A stretch of DNA of 64,000 bases, from the NCBI GenBank assembly GCA_000708835.1, contig DF237248.1, positions 1-64,000 of the forward strand, read 5' to 3'. Positions 1-10,800 of the stretch are shown here, one piece after another. Position 1 is the first letter of the stretch, and the number at the start of each line of letters is the position of its first letter. The translations under genes were made by a program, and so were the position numbers. The DNA is from Klebsormidium nitens. Its lineage: Eukaryota; Plantae; Klebsormidiophyceae. The notes below the pieces were generated by a model. That model had not been told where the DNA came from. It made no database searches and saw nothing but the letters and a program-made list of their open reading frames with translations.

Positions 1-60
1 AAAGGTCGAGTCTTGACTCACCTGGTTAACATGAACCACTAGCAAACCCCTGATCGAAAC

Positions 61-192
61 CTTCTGAGGTCAGAAGCGCGTCACCGTCGGCCGCGGCCGC
101 CGTACCGCGGGCAGCTACTGACTAACTTAGGGTGCGAAGCCGCGGCCGCCCGCGCAAACCACTGATTAGTACATTAGCAGCCCTCGATCGGA
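61..192 (-). repeat. GC-rich repeat fragment related (reverse complement) to the element at 32668-32980
   Basis: Reverse complement of 178-192 (TCCGATCGAGGGCTG) matches 32890-32904 at 14/15; reverse complement of 111-123 (AGTCAGTAGCTGC) matches 32914-32926 at 12/13, in the same order; both carry GCGGCCGC clusters. Confidence 0.5.
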
Positions 193-541
193 AAAGATCC
201 CATTGAAAGCATGTGAAAGCTACGGGGCAGGGGTTTTTTAATGGCCCGGCGTCTTGCACTTCCAACCTAGTTTGCCATCATATCGCCGCACAAGCCATGC
301 GAGTCTCCTGCCTACCACGTTCTACCTATGATACCTACCCAAATCGGCGCTGCAAGCTTCCGGGGTCCTGATCAAGTTGAAAACAAGTATAAGCACAGCT
401 GGTGGTAAATTCCAAGGATATTGTTGAGGAGCGTTGTTATCGGGACTTGTAGTGTTGATGCGGTGTACTACGGACCTCTGGTAGGTAGGCATAGGCTAGC
501 CACTGGAAAGGAGTCCAAGAAAGACACACACTCATACGGGA

Positions 542-595
542 CTCATACATGTATGCCATGAGAAGCCTATGGCCTATTTGGCTACGGCGAGAACG
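542..595. repeat. 54-bp non-coding block duplicated at 6540-6593
   Basis: CTCATA(C/T)ATGTATGCCATGAGAAGCCTATGGCCTA(T/C)TTGGCTACGGCGAGAACG; 2 mismatches in 54 bp; both copies preceded by a CA run and followed by GAGACCAT. Confidence 0.9.
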
Positions 596-1778
596 AAAAG
601 ATCGAGACCATTGGAGGGCCGCCCACGAGCCCGCGGCAGGCTCGTGATAGTTGAGACTGAGAGCTCAGAGTGAACTCAAAATCCAGGGGCAAAAGAAATA
701 ATATTGACCACCGAGATGGTTGCTTAACTATATAGGATATAGTGCTTGCAAGCTCGCGTTGATATGAGAATACATGATTGGCGCGTGTGAAGTAGACGGC
801 ATCAGTGGTGATCGTCGATGTGAACTTCTGAAGACCAATGACTCCAATGGCGCAGGCATTTTTACACACGTTGTCCTGCTACCCTGAGGCCCATCAGTGC
901 AGTGACGGCCGGTGGCATGCACGTGTTGAAAGCGAAGACTGGGATGCTATAACAAGCGCGGTAAGCGTCCAACCGGCACTTTTAGCTTCTGCAGGCCACA
1001 CTCTGTGGGCTCATGCAATGCACCAGCGCTTCCATTGACATGTACCAGACAAAATTGGACCAGTCCGATTTGCTACCTACCAGCTGATCAGCAAGCAGTT
1101 GCGACCTGAAGTTGCTAGTAGGCATTGCCAAATATTCCATGATCCCTTCATTTCTATGCGAGTTGTACTGTTCAATGCTCGTGGTTCTTGAACTCTCTTT
1201 GCTATCTGCAGCTGATGAGGATCACAATCCTTTCATATCGAGGCTCTATCCATACTTAACCTTTGTCTATGTCTAACCTAGCATGCCTTTACTTTTGGCT
1301 GCCCTAGGTCGGACCGCCTAGCTTGACAACTTTCAAAACCCCACCTGGGGGACGCACACGTTGCCACTGACCCATAGTGATGTTGTGTGTGTCGTTCTAT
1401 TCGATTGAAATCAATGAATGATCTGTACGGGAACACAGACAGGCGAACGACGCTAACATCTTAAAACAATAGTGCACGGGCCTCCCCCTACCGTTTTGAT
1501 AAGACAAATAACAGCGGGCTCATTGGAGACTGTAAATGATCGTCGAAAGACTCTTCAAAATTGCACGAGAACGTCAGTTCCACCATAATCCCAGAATAAA
1601 TGCGAAACAACGTGTTCCCAGTCTGAAATACCGTGTTCACAAGCGGATCAGTACTATGCAACAGTCACGCTTGTCGCTGCCCTGACTCCTCGCAGCATTT
1701 TCCTAATCCACAGCCTTCGGTCAGAGTAGCTTCGTTGGTGTTGACAGGTCAGTCGCTAGAACTAAGAGGCTTCGCTGG

Positions 1779-4700
1779 TCAAGCTTCCGGTGGAGGCGGT
1801 ATAGCTGACGTCAGCTCAAGCGTATGGAGCCTCACGGCTCCTAATAGCACCTCGGGCAGCTCCTTTTCCGTTTCGCCCTGTAGAAAAAGCCACGGAGCTG
1901 ATACCGAGCATCATGATGATTCCCAAATCAAGACCGTATATCCCTCCGCTTGATGCGTTCTTACAGTCCACTCACAGCACCATAGACCACCTTCGCAAAT
2001 TTACAACCCTTCCTTTTACTCGACGATACAAGGCGCATTACAAAACCTTTATGGATGGTCTCAACGGATGTGACAAAGGCAAGACTCGGCACGTGAAGTC
2101 TGCACATGATGTTTGACGTTTCTATGCGCTCATGTGAGTGGTAACTTCATTTACTGACAGGACCGAACAAAGCGCAACGCCACGCGGAAACGTTTTCGGA
2201 ACGTTTCGGAACGAGGAAGAGGAAATAAACTTGCCGATGCAAGTGGACTAAAGGGACCGACCCCCAAAGTGGAACGTTCGGCAAGCAATAGACGAGGAGA
2301 TTGCGGGTCGAATCTCACCCTGATCAGGAAGGCCAAGTCGACCACTAGAGCGGTGACAGCTGGCAGCACAAGGCCGAGCACAGAGCGCACGAGTGCCGAC
2401 GTCCCCATGTCGACATCAATCTGCAGGGCAGATCAAAGGCCTCGCTTGATAGTGAGTCCGTATGAAGGGAGGCTTTAGTTCTCACTTCATTTAAGCTTAG
2501 ATGCGCACGGGTATCTCCTTTTTAAGCCGCCATGCTGCTCGTCGCCTCTCGTCAGGCCGCGCAAAACGAGCGAGGGCTGTGAGCACAGAATGCTCTTAAA
2601 CTGATACTGCAGCAAATCAAAATCCAGAACAGAGGTGGTACATATTGATATAGGGATTGTATACGTGTGGGTTGGACAAGTATTACGCTGCAAAGCGCGC
2701 TTCTAGCACCTAAGTCAGTGCTTGGATATCTTAAGTTCAGCTTTTACAATCCACTAGCAAAAGCTCTTCAAGCAGTTGGTACGATGATAAAGTACGCCCG
2801 AGGAATACAAGATGCTGGAAGACTCTTATTTGTTGACAGCAAGAAGAAGCAAGTCAATATCAGCAAAGCAAGACGCGAGAAGAAGGAAGTACCTGCAAAT
2901 GCAGGAAACTACGCTGGAACGGCGCGTACCTCAAAGAAGTGCTCCCCCTTATCGTACCTGCACTTAAGCACCTGCGCTAGAGCCACCGGCCGAGAGCCCA
3001 CGCTCTGTCGGATCAACCATGAGCCCTGCACAGGAAGACAGGCACATCGGTTTTCGATGAGAAAGAGCAGTCCCGTTCAAGATAACTGAGGCTCCTGGCC
3101 AGTGAACCTGTCTAAAACCTCCGCACAATTTTCGAACCGTGAAACCTTACGAGCTGGGCTGCAATTGAAGTTCAAAAGCGTACGCTGACACATCCTGGCC
3201 GAATAGATTCGGTTCGTGAAGCCACCTTCCGCCGCTACACCAGTCCCCAAACGTAGTTCACCCGTACTGTTACTCAGCGCTGATAAAATTATGCAAGCGG
3301 AAGCACGAGTACCAAGGTTCTTTTATACAAGACAAGGCGTTCAAGTTGACTTTAAGCTACGGGAACCAAGATACGAAGGTCAACCAGGAAACTCGAATCG
3401 TCTTAATCAAGACGACTTGATTGGACAATCATTGCCGCCCAATACGAAGACGATATCGTCAGAAACGGAAGCTACGCATGAATCACCGTATCATAGCTGC
3501 TTCCGCTTCGGACGGGAATGTCCTTTCTGAGGACAAAAGATCCACCAGTCAACAAGAGTTGTTGCGCTCACATTGCGTATGTTGGGCAGCAGCGTGAGGC
3601 GCGCGTCCCGGTACGCTTCGTCCCCGTGCATGAAGGCGTGGAAGAGCATGCGGTCCGTGATGGGCTGGTACGACGCGAAGTAGTACACCATGCTGTAGTG
3701 CACGGGGCCCGCTGGGACCTGCGGACAAAGGACGTCACGGGTGACGTCAGATGCGGGGCAAAATGGCTCTCTAAAGCCGAGCAGGATAACGTCATCAGAG
3801 GACGCTTGACCGCACATATCCAGAGAGACTTGGCGAACGGGTGGAACAATGTTCTTAAACAAGGGCTGAGATGGCAGAATGAAGATGGGCGTTGAAAACG
3901 GGCAGAATTCGTAATTGAACTCATAAGCCGGGTGCCGGGATGACGTCCCCACTGGAGCAGGAGAATTGCAGCCCCTGACTTGGGGTGAACATTATCAAAG
4001 CAAACCCGAAAGAAAGGCCGAGCCCAGGAGAAAGCGACGACTCGAACTGGAACCGAGAGCCTGGTACAACGAAAAAGATATAAAGTAAAAGGATGCAGAT
4101 TTTATCAATAAGAGCAAAAGAATATAGAAACCATCAGCAATAGCATTACTGAACGAGCTTCGGGCCCCTCCTCACCTGCATATTGACGACGAAGACGAAT
4201 GGCGGCCCCCCTTTGAGCGTCCGGTTGACGAGCCCCCCGGGCCGCCGCGCCAGGCGGTCCATTCGGACGTCCGACTTTAACCAGTCCACCGCTACGAGTG
4301 TGAAAAAGGGCTCTTTCGCGGGCTCCTGCAAGATAAGCGGACACAGTCAGTCTGTCCTTCGAGATTCAGCTTCCTTCCTCAGAGAACGACCAGTTCTTTC
4401 AAGAAAGTGACAGTAGGCAGTCGTACTTCCCGACTTCGATACTTTTGGAAGTCAGCACCGGTTGCCTTTGAAAAATTTGGAACATGGGGGAACCATGGCG
4501 ATGGGACGGAAGGGGTCGGGACAGGAAACGCCAGGCTGATCGGCGGCGCAGATATCAACGTAAAGAAAAGATTACAGCTCACAGGCAACGAAAATGAAGT
4601 GCGCCCTGGCACTTGCAAGGTCCTCTCTTGCTCACTATCACGCCCCCTCAGCACCCCGGACCCTCGTCAACGAAAGCATTGGCAAAGTCAGTCAAGCAAG

Positions 4701-4892
4701 TCAAAGTCAAAGTCAGTCAGAGCAAGAAACGACTGGCCGTGCTTACCATCTTGCCATTGAAGGGGAAGCTCCTCGAGCGCAGGCTGAACCCCGCTGGGTC
4801 CGGCGCGGACCAGCAGTTGCGGCTGTCAGCGGCGTTTGACGCCCGTCGGACGGATCCCGAGAAATGGGGGATGGCGGGGGGTGTCGCGGTGT
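1779..4892 (-). CDS. EDR2 C-terminal domain (DUF1336) protein, copy A, multi-exon
   Basis: Exons approx. 4892-4747 (CWSAPDPAGFSLRSRSFPFNGKM), 4328-4175 (EPFFTLVAVDWLKSD...FVFVVNMQ), 3717-3571 (VPAGPVHYSMVYYF...LLPNIRN), 3026-2929 (GSWLIRQSVG...EHFFE), 2420-2319 (IDVDMGTS...VVDLAFLIR), 1877-1779 (GETEKELPEVLLGAVRL...PEA*). All GT-AG, frame preserved, matches DUF1336 motifs. Confidence 0.88.
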
Positions 4893-5274
4893 CTGATGAG
4901 AATGAACACAGGAGAGCCCTTCAGCTTTCGAAATGTTTGAAAACAAGGGAGAGCGTTGACCACTTCAGAACGGTTTTGAAGGATTGGCGGGCGGCAGGAA
5001 CAATTGATCAAGAACGGGCAAGTAAGAAGGTCTGAAGGACAGCGCCAGATATTGGGGCATGACGAGGGCAGTGGCGGCGTCTGGTTAGGACAGAGGAGGA
5101 GCTTCAGTCCAAAAAAAGAAGGAAGGCTTAGCTAGCAGAAAGCTTATAAATGACAAGGGGGGCAGCTTTCACCTGTTTGGACAAACAGGAATACGATGGC
5201 ACCACAGCGATTGCTTTGTGATTTGGTTTCAGAGGCGTTGTTGCTTCCTATTGCAGGCACACCAAGACTTTAGG

Positions 5275-6315
5275 ACACCCCTCAAAGAAGCACTCATGCA
5301 GGTCTAGGTTGGTTGCAGTGTCCACCAGTCCTGCCTCCTCATACCACAAGAAGGAGTCCAGATCGGCGGCCTGCGGTGCACCTTGCGCTGCTACGTCCTC
5401 TGCTTCTGACGCAGCCGTTGCCCGCAGACGCCTTCCTGTCATCAACCACACAAGGTTAGAATGTATGCCACAATCCTTCAAAAGCTCTCAGAACTGGCCA
5501 CTTCTATAGCCCCCTGGGAGGTGCAATTGCTGGCCATCCACGTTCAGAGTTAACAACGTGCTATCAGACGGAGCGCTAATCAAGAGGACTTTACTATAAG
5601 GATGTGGGTCGTCTGATGATGGGTGTAGATCAATGAGACCTAAGAAAAAGATGGACATCGCAGAGGAATCGTCTGATGGCAGACAACATGAAAGGACTTT
5701 GTCAAAGCTACAATTCCACTGAGTTTGCCTCCTTCCTTTTTGAGCAGGGTCATTGTGCCGTATCTGCTTAATAAAAGTGTTTGCGTCTGCTGCTTAATGT
5801 ACTTGGTGAACATGAGGTAAAGAACTTCACTTAGCTTTCTCGGGTGCACCAGGACAAGCCAGCAGTACATATGGACGCATCAATGTGGTGATTTCTTCTT
5901 ACATGCTTGGAAAAGCCAATTGTGCATGTATGTCCTCACCGCGTAGTTTTCGCCTTCCCTTCTGCCAGCAACTGCTTTGAGCAGGCACTCGACTCTTGTA
6001 ACTTAAGCTGCATTCAATCCGCCGCCATGGCCCCCCCTGCTTGTCAGCATTGCCATTTGTTATGCAGGTTAGGCAAGCTCCGCGCAGCCCTTCTTCTCCT
6101 TTGTTTCTCAACACGCTTTGCACATGCAAAGTACTCGAACATCTGACGCTTGCAGCAGCAGCCATACTGGCGTTGGGGGAGACACCGCCTTGAACCAAGC
6201 TGGAATTGTTTACTGACTCTTGAGGGCCGTGGCGAAATCGCGGGATCGCGTGCAGCAGGTAGTCAAGCGGTTCCTGGGTTAACCGGCTAAGATTCTGCTG
6301 CGGCGTAGGTTCCAT
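5275..6315 (-). CDS. Putative 5' exons of EDR2-like copy A (unrelated to START domain)
   Basis: ATG at 6315 (MEPTPQQNLSRLTQEPL...), plausible donor near 6148 and acceptor near 5430; CpG-poor like other gene 5' ends in the window. No homology recognised and the link to the 4892 exon is not resolved. Confidence 0.3.
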
Positions 6316-6539
6316 TTACGGGGTCAACTGACCAGCTCGGTTAAAACAGACCTCTAACGAACCTCCTCCACGGAAGCGGCGTCAGGTGCTACGAGCCGCG
6401 GCTGCGCGGATGTATGCCCGGTGCCAAGTGGCACATTACGTCACTGGCACGTGACGCATGAAACTCGGCAGATGAAGGCGTAGGATATTTCAGACAAGCC
6501 GTAGTCAAAGCAATCAAAGCAGCTGAGGAAACACACACA

Positions 6540-6593
6540 CTCATATATGTATGCCATGAGAAGCCTATGGCCTACTTGGCTACGGCGAGAACG
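6540..6593. repeat. Second copy of the 54-bp block at 542-595
   Basis: Direct sequence match, 2 mismatches; about 1.2 kb beyond the stop codon of copy B, as the first block is for copy A. Confidence 0.9.
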
Positions 6594-7801
6594 TCGGAAA
6601 AGAGACCATCAAACATACCGTACGGTATGTGTTGCGGATAATTGCTTCATGAAGATAGTTGCAATGGCATACTGCTTGGCGGTATTGGGCGTTTCCCGAG
6701 CAAACGAGTTGAGGCTTGATCGATGCATGCAGGCCCCTATAGTGCCGGCGCGGTGTAGATGTGCTAATTAGGCGATCTGGAAGTTCCCTCATTGAAGAGC
6801 GCCCGGGACCCCTTCGCGGGACTGTAGAATTACTAGACAGCCCGACTTAGTATCCAGAGGCTCCAACCATCAAAACCGGCTTACAATTTTTGTCGCGAAA
6901 GTTCAACGGTTAAAGCCTCAGTGGCTCATGCTACATTGCAGATGGAGCCTAGATCGTGGTAATGATCATGCATGAATTCAAATCTCACTATCACGGCCCT
7001 AATCGATTGAGCCCGCGCGCGGCTCTCCACCATTGCAAAAGCCTCTGTAGTGATGCATGCCCTGATTTGGCTTGGCATGGTTGACAATTACTACATTCGC
7101 GAGTAGCTAATTAGCAAACAGATGCCTCACAGATTTGCCAGTGGGCTTAATTGGGAAGTTGCCGAATGCTCGATACATCACGTAGGTCGTTTCCGCGTGA
7201 CACCGTACGTGCTCGTGAGTCTCAAGTTTTGTGTGTCTTTTAGCGGGACCAAAGTTACAATGGTTTTAAGTGAGGCCCCATCCACGTACTTGTCACTGTC
7301 TGAACTAACACTCTCGTCCTAAAACTGGTTCGCGCAGCCAGTGCTCTACTCCTACCTAGCGGACATGCACGTTGCAAATGAATCACAGTATCAATCTTGT
7401 TCCCAGAAAGCAGTATGGATTATTCAGGAATCCTGACGAAAGTAGGCAGCAAAAGAGGCTAACGTGTCAGAAACTGCAAGGGCCTCATCTTCCTGCTTGG
7501 ACGTTGTACAATCACAAAAGCCTGACAAGACTCCAAACTCACTGGAGATTGTGTTTGGTTGTTCAAACTTTCTCAGGAGCACATCTGTAAGCTACTTGCC
7601 ACGAAGCTCCCAAAACCTGTGCGAAACAATGTACATTCCCATACCAGATCTTTCGTATCTACTAAATCGATTAGGACGGTAATGCTGTCGCTGCCCTGTC
7701 TCCTCGCAAAATGTCGAACTTCGGGAACTCTTAGCCGTTCGGTCAAAGAAGCTTGATTGGCAGTGATGCGTAGACTCCCCGAATCTGGAAGGCTTCGCTG
7801 G

Positions 7802-10800
7802 TCAAGCCTCCGGTGGAGGCGGAATTGCTGACGTCAGCTCGAGCGTGTGGAGCCGCACGGCTCCTAAAAGCACCTCGGGCAGCTCCTCTTCCGTGTCGCC
7901 CTGTCCGAGGAGTCATTGTGCGGTGAGTCAATCGTTTACCTTTCGAGCATTACGAGGATTTTCTTCATTTTCTCCCTGCTGTATTGCGTCTTGTATAGTC
8001 CGTTCACAAGAATCTACCTAGACCACCTTTCTACGAAAGTACTGGTTTTTACTCTTGACGTTACAAGGAGCATCGAATCCCCGGTGATTTGCAGTCACGC
8101 ACGATGGAACGTCTTGACACAACTTGTCCACCAATCGTCTCCAATTGCAAGAAAGGCTTCATTGCTTTCAATTAGGTGAAGAGTTTGTCCTGACAAGTCC
8201 CATTCCTACTCTTACTATCCGCCATCTGGGGGGAAGCAGATAGAAAGGAGGGGTCACCAGGAAAAAGTGAAGACCTTGCCAACGAAAGCGGGAAAACGGA
8301 TGGATTCCCACATTGACGGACTGGGACGAGGACAAGGATACCGTCGGTCAATTCTTACCCTGATCAGGAAGGCCATGTCGACCACTAAGATGGTGACAAC
8401 TGGCAGCACGAGGCTGAGCACGTAGCGCACGATTGCCGACGTCCCCATGTCGACATCGATCTGTAGGAATAAAGAAGGTATTTGCTTTGCCACGATTTCG
8501 CGTGATGATGCGCTTGAAACGTCACAATCATCCAGGATCTTCTGCTGTCCGCGTGATTGTCCCTTCAAGCCGCGTTTTGCACGTCACCCGTCGTTGGCCG
8601 GCAAGGAAAGCGGTGAAATTTGTGAGCGCCCTGTCGCCTCAGGCAAGGAACTCCGATACTGAGCAGAAAGCATCAACAGGCAGTAAAAATTGGTCTACAC
8701 GTGTACTACATATTCGTAGAAAGAGAAGAAATCATTTTGAGGAGAGTGAGAAGCAGCAGATCGAGACGCGGAAACGAGGTCAGTACGCGCAACGCCGAAC
8801 AACGAAGAAAGACTGGCTGCGAGGCACGTACCTCAAAGAAGTGCTCCCCCTTGTCGTATCTGCACTTGAGCACCTGGGCTAGCGGCACCGGCCGCGAGCC
8901 CACGCTCTGGCGGATCAACCACGAGCCCTGCACAGGAAGACAGGCTCAGCAAGGGCAGGCTCAGCAAGGGCAACTCCATTAACTGGTGTGCCCGCCAGAC
9001 GTATGGAATCAGTCCGATACCTCCGCACAAGAGGTCTATAAGCGTACAGTCTAACAAGCTTGACCGCAGTCGAACGGCAAGGGACTCTATTAGTCGGGGC
9101 TATCAAGCAACCGGAACAAGAGCCTTCGGTGCTCTTGCTTCGGTGCTCTTGTTTACCAAGAAGAGTCGACCTCAACCGCAAGATTCGCAACCACAGGAAT
9201 TTGGGTCCTCTTGATTGGATCTTCTTATTCAAAGCGGCCAGCTCGTATTCCAGTTTCCACAAGAAACTTATTCTGAGCGGCAAAGCAGCGTCCGAACAAC
9301 ATGAAATGCGCCACTCACGTTGGGTATGTTGGGCAGCAGCGTGAGGCGCGCGTCCCGGTACGCGTCGTCCCCGTGCATGAAGGCGTGGAAGAGCATGCGG
9401 TCCGTGATGGGCTGGTACGACGCGAAGTAGTACACCATGCTGTAGTGCACGGGCCCCGCTGGGACCTGCGGATACATGACGTAACAAGTGACGTCTGATG
9501 CTGGGCTCAATGATGTTTGAAGAGGTTCAGAATGACTTCCTGAAAGAGATTGTAAACCGCGCAGATACGGCCCTGCTGTCTGTTGGCAAGCGGACAGGGA
9601 TGGCATTCTGAGAGAAGCGGTGAAGGCAGCAAAGGGGCGTCTGGATGTGTCGTAATCAGAAACGTAACAAGCAGGTAAGACGACCGTCGCAGGGTAAAAC
9701 TGCAGCGCTGCAACCCCTGAGGCGCGGGCACCTCTGAGAAGGCCAATTTGCAAAGAAGTTTGTAAGCACAACCAAAGGCCCCTCAGAGAAAGAAACTCCG
9801 AACACAAGACTGAGGGACTGGATAGGAAGAAAAGAGAGGAGAGAAGAATGGCATGCAGACGATATCGACCAGGTAAGCAACTCTTTTCAGCAGCGGAGGC
9901 GTCATGACAGCAATCTTTCCGGCCACTCCTTACCTGCATATTGACGACGAAGACGAACGGCGGCCCCCCTTTGAGCGTCCGGTTGACGAGCCCCCCGGGC
10001 CGCCGTGCCAAGCGGTCCATTCGGACGTCCGACTTGAACCAGTCAACTGCTACAAGTGTGAAAAAGGGCTCCTTCGCGCGCTCCTGCAAGACGATTTTTC
10101 CTTCGCTCAGTCTTCTAGGGGTCGGGTTCCTCCTCCTCCAAAAGCAGACATTCGAGAACGAAAGTGATTCCTCAGATAGCGGCATCAGAAAGACGTCGAA
10201 CATCACTCGGCGGCCATCCAATCAATGATCGGGATTAAGAGGAGAGCAGACGCGACTGCTTTCCCGCAAATGCCGAGCAGCGCCGAGCTGACAGACGTGT
10301 ATTGCACAATTTACTGTTCATGTGGAACACCTGGCCGCCGACCCACTAGGTTACTCGAGGAAGGAAGCAGTTGCCCTCATTAGAAAAGTGACTCGGGGAG
10401 AAGGAGCAGTTGCGTCAACTGAAACGGTTTTCGAGGAGGAGCAGTTGCTCTGATTAAAGGAGTTACTCGGGAAGAAGGAGCAGTTGCCCTGATTCGAAAG
10501 GTCGATCAGGGAGAAGGAGCCAAACAGAAAGGTTACTCGAGGCATAAAAAGCAGTTGTGCTCACCATCCCGCCATCGAAGGGATAGCTCCTCGAGCGCAG
10601 GCTGAACCCCGCTGGGTCCGGCACCGACCAGCAGTCACGGCCGTCCGCCACGTTGGACGCCCGTCGCACAGAGCCCGAAAAGGGGGGTATGGAGGGAGAA
10701 GTCGCAGTGTCTGAATTGGCAAAACGATCGAAGTTCGTAGAAGTCGCTGTATTAAAACTGGCAGCAGAGAAGAATCATGGCGCAGGGGCAGCGGTGTTAG

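Noticed and set aside
9268-10221. 317-aa ORF
   Set aside because: Chance read-through joining two DUF1336 exons via an intron; the middle part is non-homologous.
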